Virus record (IMG/VR): IMGVR_UViG_3300010400_000006
Span: 3,493 to 67,492 of that record
Length of the DNA: 64,000 nt
Origin: a virus
Direction: 5' to 3' (one strand)
A model generated the notes under the pieces. That model had not been told where the DNA came from. It saw nothing but the letters and a program-made list of their open reading frames with translations, and did no database searches. This document shows positions 36,938 to 45,886 of the stretch, one piece after another. Numbering within the stretch: position 1 is the stretch's first letter; each line of letters begins with the position of its first letter. Made by a program: the position numbers and the translations under genes.

Positions 36938-37493
36938 GAAACGATTCGAGACCCTCCACCCCCTTGAAGACCTCTTCGAAGACGGACATCTTGTCGGCGA
37001 AGGGCACCTTGTCGGAATACCGCGCGTCCGGAAGGCGCTCGTGACGCGCGAGCTTGCGCTCGCCCTTGTTGAGGTCCTCGGGGTCGATAGGCACCCAGGG
37101 GCTCTCGATCACCGGCTCCAACACGGTGACGGAGATGACCTTGTCCAGCATTCTGCTGAGCGATGCGAACTGGACCTTGTCCTTCATCAGCGCCTTGGTC
37201 GCAGCATCGATCTCGGCCTGCTTCTCAGCATTGATCTTGGCCTGCTGCGCCTTGGTGGGCTTCCGGGCCGCACGGTCGGCGGGCTTCTTGCCCTGCACCC
37301 GATCGATGTGCTCCGTCTGAACGATGGATCCGAGCGAATCCATCTCGTCCAGAAGACCGAGCTCGACGATGTCGTCGAACTCCAGATCCCTGATTCGGCA
37401 CACAGCGCCCGAGGGGCAGATGTGATCACGATCAGTCTCAATGCCCCAGACCTCAGCGGCGGGGCGGGGTGCGCGGGAGTTGGTGGACGGCAT
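36870..37493 (-). CDS. tail assembly chaperone
   Basis: between major tail and tape measure. Confidence 0.8.
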   Translation of the reverse strand: MPSTNSRAPRPAAEVWGIETDRDHICPSGAVCRIRDLEFDDIVELGLLDEMDSLGSIVQTEHIDRVQGKKPADRAARKPTKAQQAKINAEKQAEIDAATKALMKDKVQFASLSRMLDKVISVTVLEPVIESPWVPIDPEDLNKGERKLARHERLPDARYSDKVPFADKMSVFEEVFKGVEGLESFREERSEGLAAVADEPGSEDEAE

Positions 37494-37520
37494 CTGGTGC
37501 TCCTTGTCCGACTAACCGGA

Positions 37521-38375
37521 TCAGCTGGTGGTGATGTCGATGGTGTTGGAGTAGCCCGAGGTCGAGTTCGGAGTCTTCTTCGCGACAGCCTTGTAGTGGT
37601 ACGCCGTCGCCGTGGTCAGGCCGGTGATCGTGGTCGTCGCGACCGCCGCAGGCTGCCCGCCACGGGCCGCCGAGACCGCGTTCCAGGTCGTGCCAGCGCC
37701 GACCTTCTCGTAGATCTGGTAGCTGGTAGCCGTTGGTACGGCCGTCCAGTTGATGATCTGCGTGGTGGCCGCCGTGGTGCCGGCGGTGATCACCGGCGCA
37801 GGCAGCAGCGACGGGTTGGCGACCGGCGTGGTCGGGATGGCCGTCGCCGTCTCGTTCTGGATGAAGTCGTAGAGCAGGTCGAAGTCCGCATCGAGCAGCG
37901 GCAGACCGAGGAACGACGCCGACGTGATGAAGAACTCACCGTCCGCGAACGAGCCCTCGATGGAGTCGTTGCAGCGGCACCGGTACAGAATGGTGTGGAT
38001 GTCACCGCCGGAGTCCGAGATGGCCTGGCCCTCGACCCGGAAGTAGCCGCGCGCTGCCGTCGAGAACTTGCGCATGATCACGCGCCGGTTCGGGGTGAGC
38101 CCCTCCTCGATGACGAGGCCGCCGGTGAACACCGACCACACCTCGAGCGAGATGCCGCCCGCTTCGATGGAGCCGTCGATCTGCGCGCCCTTGCCGCGCG
38201 TGGTGATGACGCGGTCGTCACCGCGAAGCTCCTGGAACTCCTCCGCCTCGGAGAAGGAGTAGGTCTGCATGTTGGGGACGTCCAGCGAGTAGTCCGCCAG
38301 GACCGACCCGCCCGCGTCCGCGTACGGCGTGACCTTGCAGTCACGAATGCCGTATGGGAGGGCTGTCTGGAGCAT
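37521..38375 (-). CDS. major tail protein with C-terminal FN3/Ig-like domain
   Basis: LPYGIRDCKVTPY...ELRGDD; C-terminal WTAVP..Y..ITGLTTATAYHY. Confidence 0.85.
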   Translation of the reverse strand: MLQTALPYGIRDCKVTPYADAGGSVLADYSLDVPNMQTYSFSEAEEFQELRGDDRVITTRGKGAQIDGSIEAGGISLEVWSVFTGGLVIEEGLTPNRRVIMRKFSTAARGYFRVEGQAISDSGGDIHTILYRCRCNDSIEGSFADGEFFITSASFLGLPLLDADFDLLYDFIQNETATAIPTTPVANPSLLPAPVITAGTTAATTQIINWTAVPTATSYQIYEKVGAGTTWNAVSAARGGQPAAVATTTITGLTTATAYHYKAVAKKTPNSTSGYSNTIDITTS

Positions 38376-38550
38376 GAGCGATCCTCCTTGGATCCTTGAA
38401 CTTTTTGGTCTTCACGAGTTCACCCTGGTGGGTGAAGTAGTGGAGGACCACTACCCCCGGACCGGCCCCGCATCTGCTAGAGCTGCACTTGATCTCGATC
38501 AAGCCATCGCGGAGGACCGCGAACAACTTGTGCGGGCAGCGCAGATCCAC
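38341..38550 (-). CDS. Com-like Zn-ribbon protein
   Basis: DLRCPHKLF...IEIKCSSSRC. Confidence 0.55.
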   Translation of the reverse strand: MDLRCPHKLFAVLRDGLIEIKCSSSRCGAGPGVVVLHYFTHQGELVKTKKFKDPRRIAHAPDSPPIRHS

Positions 38551-38853
38551 TTACTCGACGGCCGGAATCGCGAAGCTGCCGTCGGTGCGCAATGCGTCCA
38601 GGGCTTCCGGAGTGAAGTGGGAAGCACGAACACGATGGCTGTTGTTGGCGTCCCAGGTGACCTCGGACATGCCGTCGATGCCGGCCAGCTCCCAGTCCGC
38701 AGCGGTGATGGTTCGCCGCCCCGCGCGGCCGTGGTACTCGACGAACTTCGCGTCGGCTTCCAGCTCCTGCACCTCCTCGAGCGGCTTGAGCGCCTCGAAC
38801 ACGCCCGGCTCGTTGGTGATGTTGTTGTCGCCGTCCTCGATCTTCTTGGCCAT
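38551..38853 (-). CDS. hypothetical virion-region protein
   Basis: RBS GAGGAG; RRTITAADW...WDANN. Confidence 0.75.
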   Translation of the reverse strand: MAKKIEDGDNNITNEPGVFEALKPLEEVQELEADAKFVEYHGRAGRRTITAADWELAGIDGMSEVTWDANNSHRVRASHFTPEALDALRTDGSFAIPAVE

Positions 38854-38885
38854 CGAACGTCTCCTCATTATGTGCCGGGCTCGGG

Positions 38886-38897
38886 CTATCTTACCCT
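38886..38897 (-). promoter_or_regulatory. putative late promoter AGGGTAAGATAG
   Basis: near-identical 12-mers at 43431 and 50906, each upstream of a structural gene block. Confidence 0.6.
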
Positions 38898-39322
38898 GTA
38901 AGCCGCTCTCCAGACAAAACCTTGAATGCTGCATACTTGGTTATGGTCTGGTACCCTTGGTCGTTGAAGTCCCCGCCCATGCCCTCGTATTTGCACTGGG
39001 TCATCTTGTCACCGTTCGATCCGACAATGTGCACGGCCGCCGTCATGATTGTGATGACTCTGACCAGTGCTGCACGCAACGGCAGGAAGTCCGTAGACTT
39101 CGACATGCTCCTGTGGATCCACACCGACAGGGTCGTCACGGTGCCGGGGCCTGGCGCCTCTTCCTCCCACCGCAGGATTCCGAAGTACCCGTCAGCGTTG
39201 GAGGACGGCTGCCTAGTGCCGTCCAACTGGTATGTTGGATGCCAGTGGTTCGCCAGATTGTACGGCGCAGCACTGAGAATCGGGTCGGCCTGCAATAGCT
39301 CAAGGACTGCTGCACGGCTCAC
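38891..39322 (-). CDS. tail terminator-like protein
   Basis: synteny and size. Confidence 0.65.
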   Translation of the reverse strand: MSRAAVLELLQADPILSAAPYNLANHWHPTYQLDGTRQPSSNADGYFGILRWEEEAPGPGTVTTLSVWIHRSMSKSTDFLPLRAALVRVITIMTAAVHIVGSNGDKMTQCKYEGMGGDFNDQGYQTITKYAAFKVLSGERLTG

Positions 39323-39672
39323 TTCATCCTCCCGAACAGTCCGTCGAGCTGCTGCATGGTATCCCGCCCGATGACGCGAATGGTTGGCAGGATCACGGCA
39401 TCCCTGCCCGAGAACTTGACTTCCAGCCAGATGCCGTATGGCACCGAGTGCGAGAAGATGATTTCGTGTCGAACCCGGTAGATGTGGAGGGCCGTCGTGA
39501 ACAGGCCATTTCGAGCTGCGCTGGTACGGTCGGTCCAGGGAGCGGTGGTCTTCATGTGGGCTTCGCCGCGAGCCGCCTGGTATTCCGTGATGGCGGCAAC
39601 ATTCATGTCGACCTTGATCGGGAGCTCCTTGAGCCCCAGAGCCAACGGCTTACCGTCCCACTTGAAGCTCAT
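39319..39672 (-). CDS. HK97 gp10-like neck protein
   Basis: APWTDRTSAARNGL, VPYGIWLE. Confidence 0.8.
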   Translation of the reverse strand: MSFKWDGKPLALGLKELPIKVDMNVAAITEYQAARGEAHMKTTAPWTDRTSAARNGLFTTALHIYRVRHEIIFSHSVPYGIWLEVKFSGRDAVILPTIRVIGRDTMQQLDGLFGRMK

Positions 39673-40079
39673 CAGCCGCCCTCGACCTGCTTGCCGAATG
39701 CCGAAGCGGTAGCCCGCCGCTCGTATTCGTTGTTGGGGATGAATCCAGTGATCTCCCAGCGGTTTCCCGCCGAGTCAGTCCAGTAGTCGCCGACCTCGCA
39801 GACCATGTCCCACATGCCCACAACAACATAGTCGTATCGACGCTCCCGGCCATCTGTGGTGACCTGGACGCCCTCCTGGCCGGCCACGCCCCGTGCAGAA
39901 CCCGTGTACACCAGCTTCACCGTTTGCGGCGCACGCGGCGTACCCGCCACCATTTCGACGCCGCCGCCAGGACGGGTCTCCGCCACGCGCGGCACCAGCG
40001 TGATGATGAACGGGTCGTCGTCAATGAACCACTTCGTCTGCTTGCGCAGCGACCTGAGTGCTGTCGGGTTCTGTGGCAT
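39672..40079 (-). CDS. head-to-tail stopper-like protein
   Basis: synteny; VGDYW..G.RWEI. Confidence 0.65.
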   Translation of the reverse strand: MPQNPTALRSLRKQTKWFIDDDPFIITLVPRVAETRPGGGVEMVAGTPRAPQTVKLVYTGSARGVAGQEGVQVTTDGRERRYDYVVVGMWDMVCEVGDYWTDSAGNRWEITGFIPNNEYERRATASAFGKQVEGG

Positions 40080-40405
40080 CAGACCCTCGTCATCCGGTGC
40101 GACTTGATGCCGGCTCGGGTCGCTACCGGCGGGGTCACCTCGAGATCTGCACGACCCCGATACATCGCAGCCAGGTCCTTGGCGTTCTTGGTCACAGCGG
40201 AGAGCCCACGACTTGACCCCGACTCGCTGATGTCGATCAGCTCAGCGGTCAGCGCGTAGCGCTTCTCCCAGTAGGTGGCGGCGATCGAGTTGTCGCTGAT
40301 CCCGGCGTCCAGCAGCTCGTTGATCCGCGCTTCGTCGTACCCATTCGAACTCGGGTCATCACCGAGCATGTCCAGAACAGCCTGGATTTCTTCGACGGTG
40401 GCCAT
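40079..40405 (-). CDS. head-to-tail adaptor-like protein
   Basis: AA.YWE...DISESGSSR. Confidence 0.7.
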   Translation of the reverse strand: MATVEEIQAVLDMLGDDPSSNGYDEARINELLDAGISDNSIAATYWEKRYALTAELIDISESGSSRGLSAVTKNAKDLAAMYRGRADLEVTPPVATRAGIKSHRMTRV

Positions 40406-40426
40406 GCTTTTCCCTTCTAAGCGAAT

Positions 40427-40465
40427 GGGGCGGATCTGAAGGTCGGTAGCCCCCAGATCCGCCCC
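40427..40465 (-). terminator. GC-rich hairpin after the capsid block
   Basis: GGGGCGGATCTG / CAGATCCGCCCC 12-bp stem. Confidence 0.55.
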
Positions 40466-40477
40466 GCCCGGTCACCG

Positions 40478-40876
40478 TCAGTCGTCGGCGAGCTGCTCGT
40501 CTTCCTCGGCCGCGCGGATCTCGCGCAGCTTGTCGAGCACGCGCCGCTGAAGCTCCGGCTTCTTGCCGCTGGCATCGAGCGGCGGGACCTGCTCCTTCAG
40601 CCACTTCTGGAGCTGGTCGTACTTCAGCTCCTGGACCGCCAGAACGTCGTCCGGGTCGTCCTCCGGGTCGGCGTCCTCCGGCACGAACTCCTGGCCCTTG
40701 GCCTCGGCCTCCTTGCGCGCGGCCTCGAGCTCGTCGGTCTTGCGCTTGTCCTCGGCAGCCTTCGTGCCGTAGTGGAGGTCGTTGGCCTCGATCTCGGCGG
40801 TCCTGTTTCGAGCCTCCAGGTACGCCCGGTCGTCGTCGGTCAACGGACCGTCGAAGATGTCGATTTCGCGACCCAT
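40478..40876 (-). CDS. protein with C-terminal SAP/HeH-like motif
   Basis: LKYDQLQKWLKE...SGKKPELQRRV. Confidence 0.7.
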   Translation of the reverse strand: MGREIDIFDGPLTDDDRAYLEARNRTAEIEANDLHYGTKAAEDKRKTDELEAARKEAEAKGQEFVPEDADPEDDPDDVLAVQELKYDQLQKWLKEQVPPLDASGKKPELQRRVLDKLREIRAAEEDEQLADD

Positions 40877-42147
40877 CAGAGAAGCCCTCCGCCCCTGGTG
40901 TAGGCGGTCGGGATGTCGTACGAACCCGACGCCTTGATCTGGACCACGGATGCACCCGCGCGCTGGCGAATGCCGGTGCCGAACGCCCGCGAGTAGTACG
41001 AGTCGACCAGCGGGTAGCGCTGCTGGTTGCCCGGCAGCAGCCGCAGGCCCCGGTACGCCGTGTTGGCGTGCTCCCGCAGGCCCACAGGGTTCTGCAGGTT
41101 GCCGGTGCCGCCCGACCCCAGGACCAGCAGGTAGCCCGGCGGGATGTAGTCCTCCTCGACGAGGAGAGCGTTCTTGTAGGAGCCGACGACCGGCAGGCCG
41201 TTCCAGCTGTTCGGCGGCCGGACACCGATCAGGCCCTCGGCGTTCGGGACGAACAACGCGGGCTGGTTCGGCGCGGGGATGAAGTCGTAGTTGCAGACCG
41301 CACCGTTGATGGTGGCACCCGCGCGGAACGTGCGAGCGACCGCCATCTGGGCCGAGTTCATAAGCACGACGAAGGTCGTGCCCTGCTCCTGGCCGTAGCC
41401 GTGCTCGGCGATCAGGTTGATGCCGTCTTCGATGTCGATCGACTGGAATGCCGCCGCGCCGGAGACCAGGTAGTGGTCGTGGGTGCTCAAGAACGTGGTG
41501 TTCTTGTACGTCGGCGGGATCGTGCCGTCGTTGTTGTACAGCGCGTACACGTTGTACGGCTGGTTCCGGATGTCCGCCGTGCGGTTCCGGTTGTCGAAGA
41601 TGGCTTCCATGACCTTGCGGAAGACCAGCCGGTTGTCCGCCGTCAAGATGGCGTTGTGGACGGCCTGGACCGCGCGGGCGTCGGCATCCCTGAGGTACTT
41701 CCAGGTATACCGAGTCGCCAGGTCGTAGTCCTTGAAGTCGTACGCCATCTGGAAGTAGTCCTGGCGGATGCCGACGGCCTTGGGGATGCCGTACTCGGAC
41801 GCTTCCTCGAACTCGACGTCGCCGACCTGCGGAACCGTCTCGATCAGCTGGGTGACCGGGTAGGTCATCAGCGACACGATGGTCTGGCGGCGAGCGTTGA
41901 AGATCTCCAGCGTCTGCTGGAACTCAGCCCAGAGCGCGTTCGGATCGACACCGTCCGCCAGGGCGTACAGAATGTCGCCCTGGTTCTGGTAGCCGCCCTC
42001 GGCCCCGAGGATTTCGGCGAACAGGCCCAACTCGTCCAGATTGACGAGTTCGCGGCCGCCGGTCGCTTCGCTGGCGAACGGAGCCTGGATCAGCATCGGG
42101 TCGAACAGCGGGTTGCTGCGACCGCGCGAGATCGTGGATGTGGTCAC
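40876..42147 (-). CDS. major capsid protein
   Basis: 423 aa from GTG with RBS GAGG; FEEASEYG; strongly biased codons; follows scaffold and decoration genes. Confidence 0.85.
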   Translation of the reverse strand: MTTSTISRGRSNPLFDPMLIQAPFASEATGGRELVNLDELGLFAEILGAEGGYQNQGDILYALADGVDPNALWAEFQQTLEIFNARRQTIVSLMTYPVTQLIETVPQVGDVEFEEASEYGIPKAVGIRQDYFQMAYDFKDYDLATRYTWKYLRDADARAVQAVHNAILTADNRLVFRKVMEAIFDNRNRTADIRNQPYNVYALYNNDGTIPPTYKNTTFLSTHDHYLVSGAAAFQSIDIEDGINLIAEHGYGQEQGTTFVVLMNSAQMAVARTFRAGATINGAVCNYDFIPAPNQPALFVPNAEGLIGVRPPNSWNGLPVVGSYKNALLVEEDYIPPGYLLVLGSGGTGNLQNPVGLREHANTAYRGLRLLPGNQQRYPLVDSYYSRAFGTGIRQRAGASVVQIKASGSYDIPTAYTRGGGLL

Positions 42148-42160
42148 TGGTTGCCTCCTC

Positions 42161-42619
42161 TCAGGCCGAAGCGGGGATCTTGGCGTAGCGGCAGATGAAC
42201 CGCGCGCCGGTCTTCGTGCTGACCTGCGCGGTGTAGCCCAGCGGCACCGAACCCGAAGGCTGCGTGGCGCCACCAGTGCCCGTACCGGCGATGATCAGGC
42301 CGGTGGCTGCGGTGACGTAGTACTGGAACGCCGCAACCCCCAGCACGCCTGCCGAGGTGATCCAGTCGATGACGTCGCCCTTGGACATGACGTCCACGAT
42401 GTCGCCGGCCTTCCACTTCGCGGTGGAAAGCTGCGCCGACTGGTTCAGGATCAGCAGACCGATGATGCCAGTCTGGCCGGCACCCTTCACGATCTGCCCG
42501 GAGGCGTTCAGGCCCACGCCGTACGGCACACCAGCAACGGCGTCAGCCCGAGGCCAGTCCGCCGCGAGCGGGTGCCGCTCACCATTCGCGTAGGGCTCGT
42601 ACTTGTCGTACTTCGCCAC
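42161..42619 (-). CDS. capsid decoration-like protein
   Basis: AKYDKYEP...GVGLNASGQIVKGAG...AGDIVDVM. Confidence 0.7.
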   Translation of the reverse strand: MAKYDKYEPYANGERHPLAADWPRADAVAGVPYGVGLNASGQIVKGAGQTGIIGLLILNQSAQLSTAKWKAGDIVDVMSKGDVIDWITSAGVLGVAAFQYYVTAATGLIIAGTGTGGATQPSGSVPLGYTAQVSTKTGARFICRYAKIPASA

Positions 42620-42640
42620 TGTGGCTACCTTCCTTCCATG

Positions 42641-43408
42641 CTATTGAACTGGGACTCCCTGGTTCAAGACCGGGTAGTCGACCAGCAACTTGTTGCGCGT
42701 CGCCGTCTCTTTTCCTTCCGACTTCCTGGCTCCGGATGCACCACCAGAAGCTCCCTTGCGAACGGGCGGCTTCTTGTCGGCACCATCACCATCGTCGTCG
42801 TTGGCGTTCACCAGCAGGAACGGCTTGTCCTTGGCCAATTCCTTGATGGCTGCTGCCAGCCCCTCCACGGAACCGTCGTCGCCGATCTCGAGCTCGTACT
42901 TGGAATTCAGGATGTCAAGCACGAGATCCGGGTCCTGCCACTCGTACTTCTTCTTGCCATCCGTGAACTTCAGGAACGCGTTCTCGACCTTCGCGGCCAG
43001 CAAGTCCTCCGAGACCTTCTCGTACTTGGCCTTGAAGTCCTTGGCGTCGCGAGTTGCGACTTCCAGATCCGACTTGTCCTTGTCGGACCGCTCCCTGAGC
43101 TGGGCTTCCAGAGCCTCCGCTGCCTCGCGCCGTTCCTTGTTCTCGGCGTTCAACCGCTTGATCTTCTGGGTGTCCGTCTCGTTGGCCGGCGCACGACGCT
43201 TCAGCTTCGGAGGCTTCTCCTCCTTGGGCTTTTCGCCCTCGGGATCTTCCTCTTCTTCCTCGTCGTCCTCACCGCCACCGTTCTCGTCCTTTTCCGGATC
43301 GTCTTCACGACCCTGGATGGAGTAGAACGGGGAGCCATCCTCGAAAAGACCGAGGGGCTTGATGGAGCTAATCAGGCTCTGCCTGACGACTCCGCGCTTC
43401 CTGCGCAT
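42641..43408 (-). CDS. scaffolding protein
   Basis: acidic N-region, E.K.RR coiled coil, LAKDKPFL. Confidence 0.8.
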   Translation of the reverse strand: MRRKRGVVRQSLISSIKPLGLFEDGSPFYSIQGREDDPEKDENGGGEDDEEEEEDPEGEKPKEEKPPKLKRRAPANETDTQKIKRLNAENKERREAAEALEAQLRERSDKDKSDLEVATRDAKDFKAKYEKVSEDLLAAKVENAFLKFTDGKKKYEWQDPDLVLDILNSKYELEIGDDGSVEGLAAAIKELAKDKPFLLVNANDDDGDGADKKPPVRKGASGGASGARKSEGKETATRNKLLVDYPVLNQGVPVQ

Positions 43409-43430
43409 GGAACGAACCTCCGGTTCGGGA

Positions 43431-43442
43431 CTATCTTAGCCT
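43431..43442 (-). promoter_or_regulatory. putative late promoter AGGCTAAGATAG
   Basis: intergenic, upstream of scaffold. Confidence 0.6.
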
Positions 43443-43492
43443 ATAACCCGGAAGCATACCCTGAGAAGTTTACTGCGCCGTTCGATCCACAA

Positions 43493-44440
43493 TTACGCGT
43501 GGTATGTGGAATTCAGATAGTCCGAGAACTGGCCCTGTTCGAAGGCCTGCTGAAACTGATCTGCGTCCATGGTCTTCGGCGTCACATAGCACAGACACTG
43601 CGGATGTGGCTTCTTCGGCACCTGTTCCTTGGGGAATACCCCTGGGCCTAGGCCGAACTCGGCTCGCGCGTATAGATCGCATTGATCGGGTTTCCCGCCG
43701 GGGTGCGACTTGCTGAGGTTCCAGTCCATGCCTAGATTCCAGGGCTTGTCCTCATTATGCACTATGGCCTGTGCATGGTACGTGTTGTTCAGTTCAGTGC
43801 GTGCGAGTCGACGAGCCGCGTACGCCACGCCACCACGGACGTCCGGCTGGATGTGCTGTCTGACTGCTTTGGCCAGCTCGGCGGGCGACGCTCCCCGCCC
43901 GAGGGCCGAGTTGATCGTCGTCTCCATCCATCCCTTGCTGAGCGCAGCCGAACGGTACACTTGCCTGCTCAATGGAATGGCCTCGCTGAATACCCGCCGG
44001 AGCATGGCGTCCACGTTCCGGTCAGCGCTAGACAGCATAGCGTCTCGCATTGCCGCGCGATCTTCCGGATCCGGATATGCTCGACGCAGCAATGTCTCGT
44101 CCCAGTCGAAGCTGTTGTTCAGCGCCAGCAACTGCGCCTCAATGCGACCGGCCCGCACGGTCTGTCCGGTGAGGTTCCAGAAGTTCTGCAGAACTCTTCC
44201 TAGCGCGGTGCGTGCCCCGATGATCTGCCCCAGCCGAACCTGTGCGCCGATCTTCCCAGTGTCCCCGGCGAACAGTGCTTCGATAGCAGCGTCCGCGTCC
44301 TTGGCGGCCTGCTCCAGGATCAAATTGATCTTCATGTCAAAGTGTTGCTGGAGCTCGATGTAACTGGTCAACCAGTTACGTGGCGCAGGTCGTGCGGTGG
44401 ACCTGGACGGGCGAGCTGCCACTGGGGAACTCCCACTCAA
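43493..44440 (-). CDS. MuF-like minor head protein
   Basis: ARRLARTE, W..S..H...CD, PHPQCLC; start uncertain. Confidence 0.8.
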   Translation of the reverse strand: MSGSSPVAARPSRSTARPAPRNWLTSYIELQQHFDMKINLILEQAAKDADAAIEALFAGDTGKIGAQVRLGQIIGARTALGRVLQNFWNLTGQTVRAGRIEAQLLALNNSFDWDETLLRRAYPDPEDRAAMRDAMLSSADRNVDAMLRRVFSEAIPLSRQVYRSAALSKGWMETTINSALGRGASPAELAKAVRQHIQPDVRGGVAYAARRLARTELNNTYHAQAIVHNEDKPWNLGMDWNLSKSHPGGKPDQCDLYARAEFGLGPGVFPKEQVPKKPHPQCLCYVTPKTMDADQFQQAFEQGQFSDYLNSTYHA

Positions 44441-44756
44441 CTACTGCGTCACTGGTGATGATCCAGTAACGGAATCCAACAGGGGCAAACGTCTCGTCTT
44501 CGTCACTCGGATGCTCCAGGCCACCAGGATGGCTGTGGTACACGCCGATGATCTGGTCGAAATGGTGCCGGTACACCGCCAGCTGCTCACCTGGATCCAT
44601 CTTGAACTGCCTGCTACCTGCAGCGACGTTCGGGACCTGCCAGATGTCCGGCCCATGCTGTAGCTGTACGACAAACCCGCAGATCTCCTTGTCTGGAGAC
44701 CTGCGGGCTATCGTGACCAACCTTACCGCGACATCCCTGTCGAGTGGATCAGTCAT
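44376..44756 (-). CDS. JAB/MPN+ (Mov34) metallopeptidase
   Basis: EICG...YHSHP......S..D complete JAMM motif. Confidence 0.88.
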   Translation of the reverse strand: MTDPLDRDVAVRLVTIARRSPDKEICGFVVQLQHGPDIWQVPNVAAGSRQFKMDPGEQLAVYRHHFDQIIGVYHSHPGGLEHPSDEDETFAPVGFRYWIITSDAVVEWEFPSGSSPVQVHRTTCAT

Positions 44757-44827
44757 CTCTTCTTCTTCTTGCCCTTGTTGCGCTTGAGGCGCTTGTCCTT
44801 TCCGGTGCCTCTGCTGGTGCCTGCCAT
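44753..44827 (-). CDS. 24-aa very basic microprotein
   Basis: RBS AGGAGG; MAGTSRGTGKDKRLKRNKGKKKKR; ATGA overlap with JAB. Confidence 0.6.
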   Translation of the reverse strand: MAGTSRGTGKDKRLKRNKGKKKKR

Positions 44828-44834
44828 GTTCCTC

Positions 44835-45284
44835 CTAACCTCCGACCGGTCGTCTACGCGCCTGCCGGGGCGCACGGGGCTGTCGAACCTTACGCCCATG
44901 CGTTGCAGCCCTGGCACTACTCACCCTTAGCTGCGGTGCACGCCGCCGCGCTCCCTGCCGGTTGACGCTCAACCCACCGACCGATGCTTGCTTGTCCCGC
45001 AGAAGTCCGGAGGCGAACTTGCCCACCTTGTTCTGAGGAATTCTATCGACGAGCTTGTCGATGCCCGCCGAGACCTTCTTCTCGAGGAAACTCTGGCGAT
45101 CCCCCGCCTTCTCCACGCGAGCCAGTGCGCCGACGTAGATGTTCACCTTGCCCGGAATCAGCGGAAAGGTGCGCCCGTACTGCAGGGTTGCGCTGCGCAG
45201 GGAAACCCGGCCGGTCAGCTTGCCCTTGCTGGTCCAACGCCCCTTGCTGTCACGAGGATGTAGCGAGGGATTGTACTTGACCAT
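44835..45284 (-). CDS. basic protein with RDxxGRW N-terminal motif
   Basis: MVKYNPSLHPRDSKGRWTSKG. Confidence 0.8.
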   Translation of the reverse strand: MVKYNPSLHPRDSKGRWTSKGKLTGRVSLRSATLQYGRTFPLIPGKVNIYVGALARVEKAGDRQSFLEKKVSAGIDKLVDRIPQNKVGKFASGLLRDKQASVGGLSVNRQGARRRAPQLRVSSARAATHGRKVRQPRAPRQARRRPVGG

Positions 45285-45287
45285 CGC

Positions 45288-45542
45288 TCACCTCTTTTTC
45301 TTCTTGGGGTTCTTTCGGATCGCGATTCCTGCACCTGCCGCAGCACCGGCGATCGCCCCGACAGGACTTCCGAGCGTGGCGAAGAATCCAAGTCCTCCGC
45401 CGATGAGTGCGGCGCTTCGGACTCGCTTCCGATTGTTCTTGCTGGTCCTGGACCCGCTTTTCGAAGCGGCGCCACCACCCTTGGTCCACTTCCCGTTGCG
45501 GTCACGCTTCTGGTTCTTGTTGAACCTGCCGAACCGGGCCAT
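45288..45542 (-). CDS. basic Gly-zipper protein with RDxxGKW motif
   Basis: MARFGRFNKNQKRDRNGKWTKGG; TGATG coupling. Confidence 0.8.
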   Translation of the reverse strand: MARFGRFNKNQKRDRNGKWTKGGGAASKSGSRTSKNNRKRVRSAALIGGGLGFFATLGSPVGAIAGAAAGAGIAIRKNPKKKKR

Positions 45543-45886
45543 CAGCCTCTCCGTCCACGTCGAAGTGCGGCTTCCGCGGCGGCGATACGCCTCTTGGAAA
45601 CCCTCTTGTCGATGCTGTTTCCAACGAGGCTGCCGGCAAGAACTCCGACTGCAGCACCGCCGAAGGGTTGCCCGATCGGGGCTCCCAGCACAGCTCCGAG
45701 CACCCCTCCGACCTTGGTGCCCCTCTTGCTGTACTTGTTGGGGTCCTTGGTCGTGAGAAGAATGGCGCCGTTGGAAAGCCTGCCCTTCTTGTTCAGCTTC
45801 TTGCGGGCCGAGGAGGCGCTGCCGCTCGTCCACCTTCCGTTCTTGTCGCGCTTCTGGCGCGGATTGAATCTGCCGAAGCGCCCCAT
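45542..45886 (-). CDS. basic Gly-zipper protein with RDxxGRW motif
   Basis: MGRFGRFNPRQKRDKNGRWTSGS. Confidence 0.8.
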   Translation of the reverse strand: MGRFGRFNPRQKRDKNGRWTSGSASSARKKLNKKGRLSNGAILLTTKDPNKYSKRGTKVGGVLGAVLGAPIGQPFGGAAVGVLAGSLVGNSIDKRVSKRRIAAAEAALRRGRRG

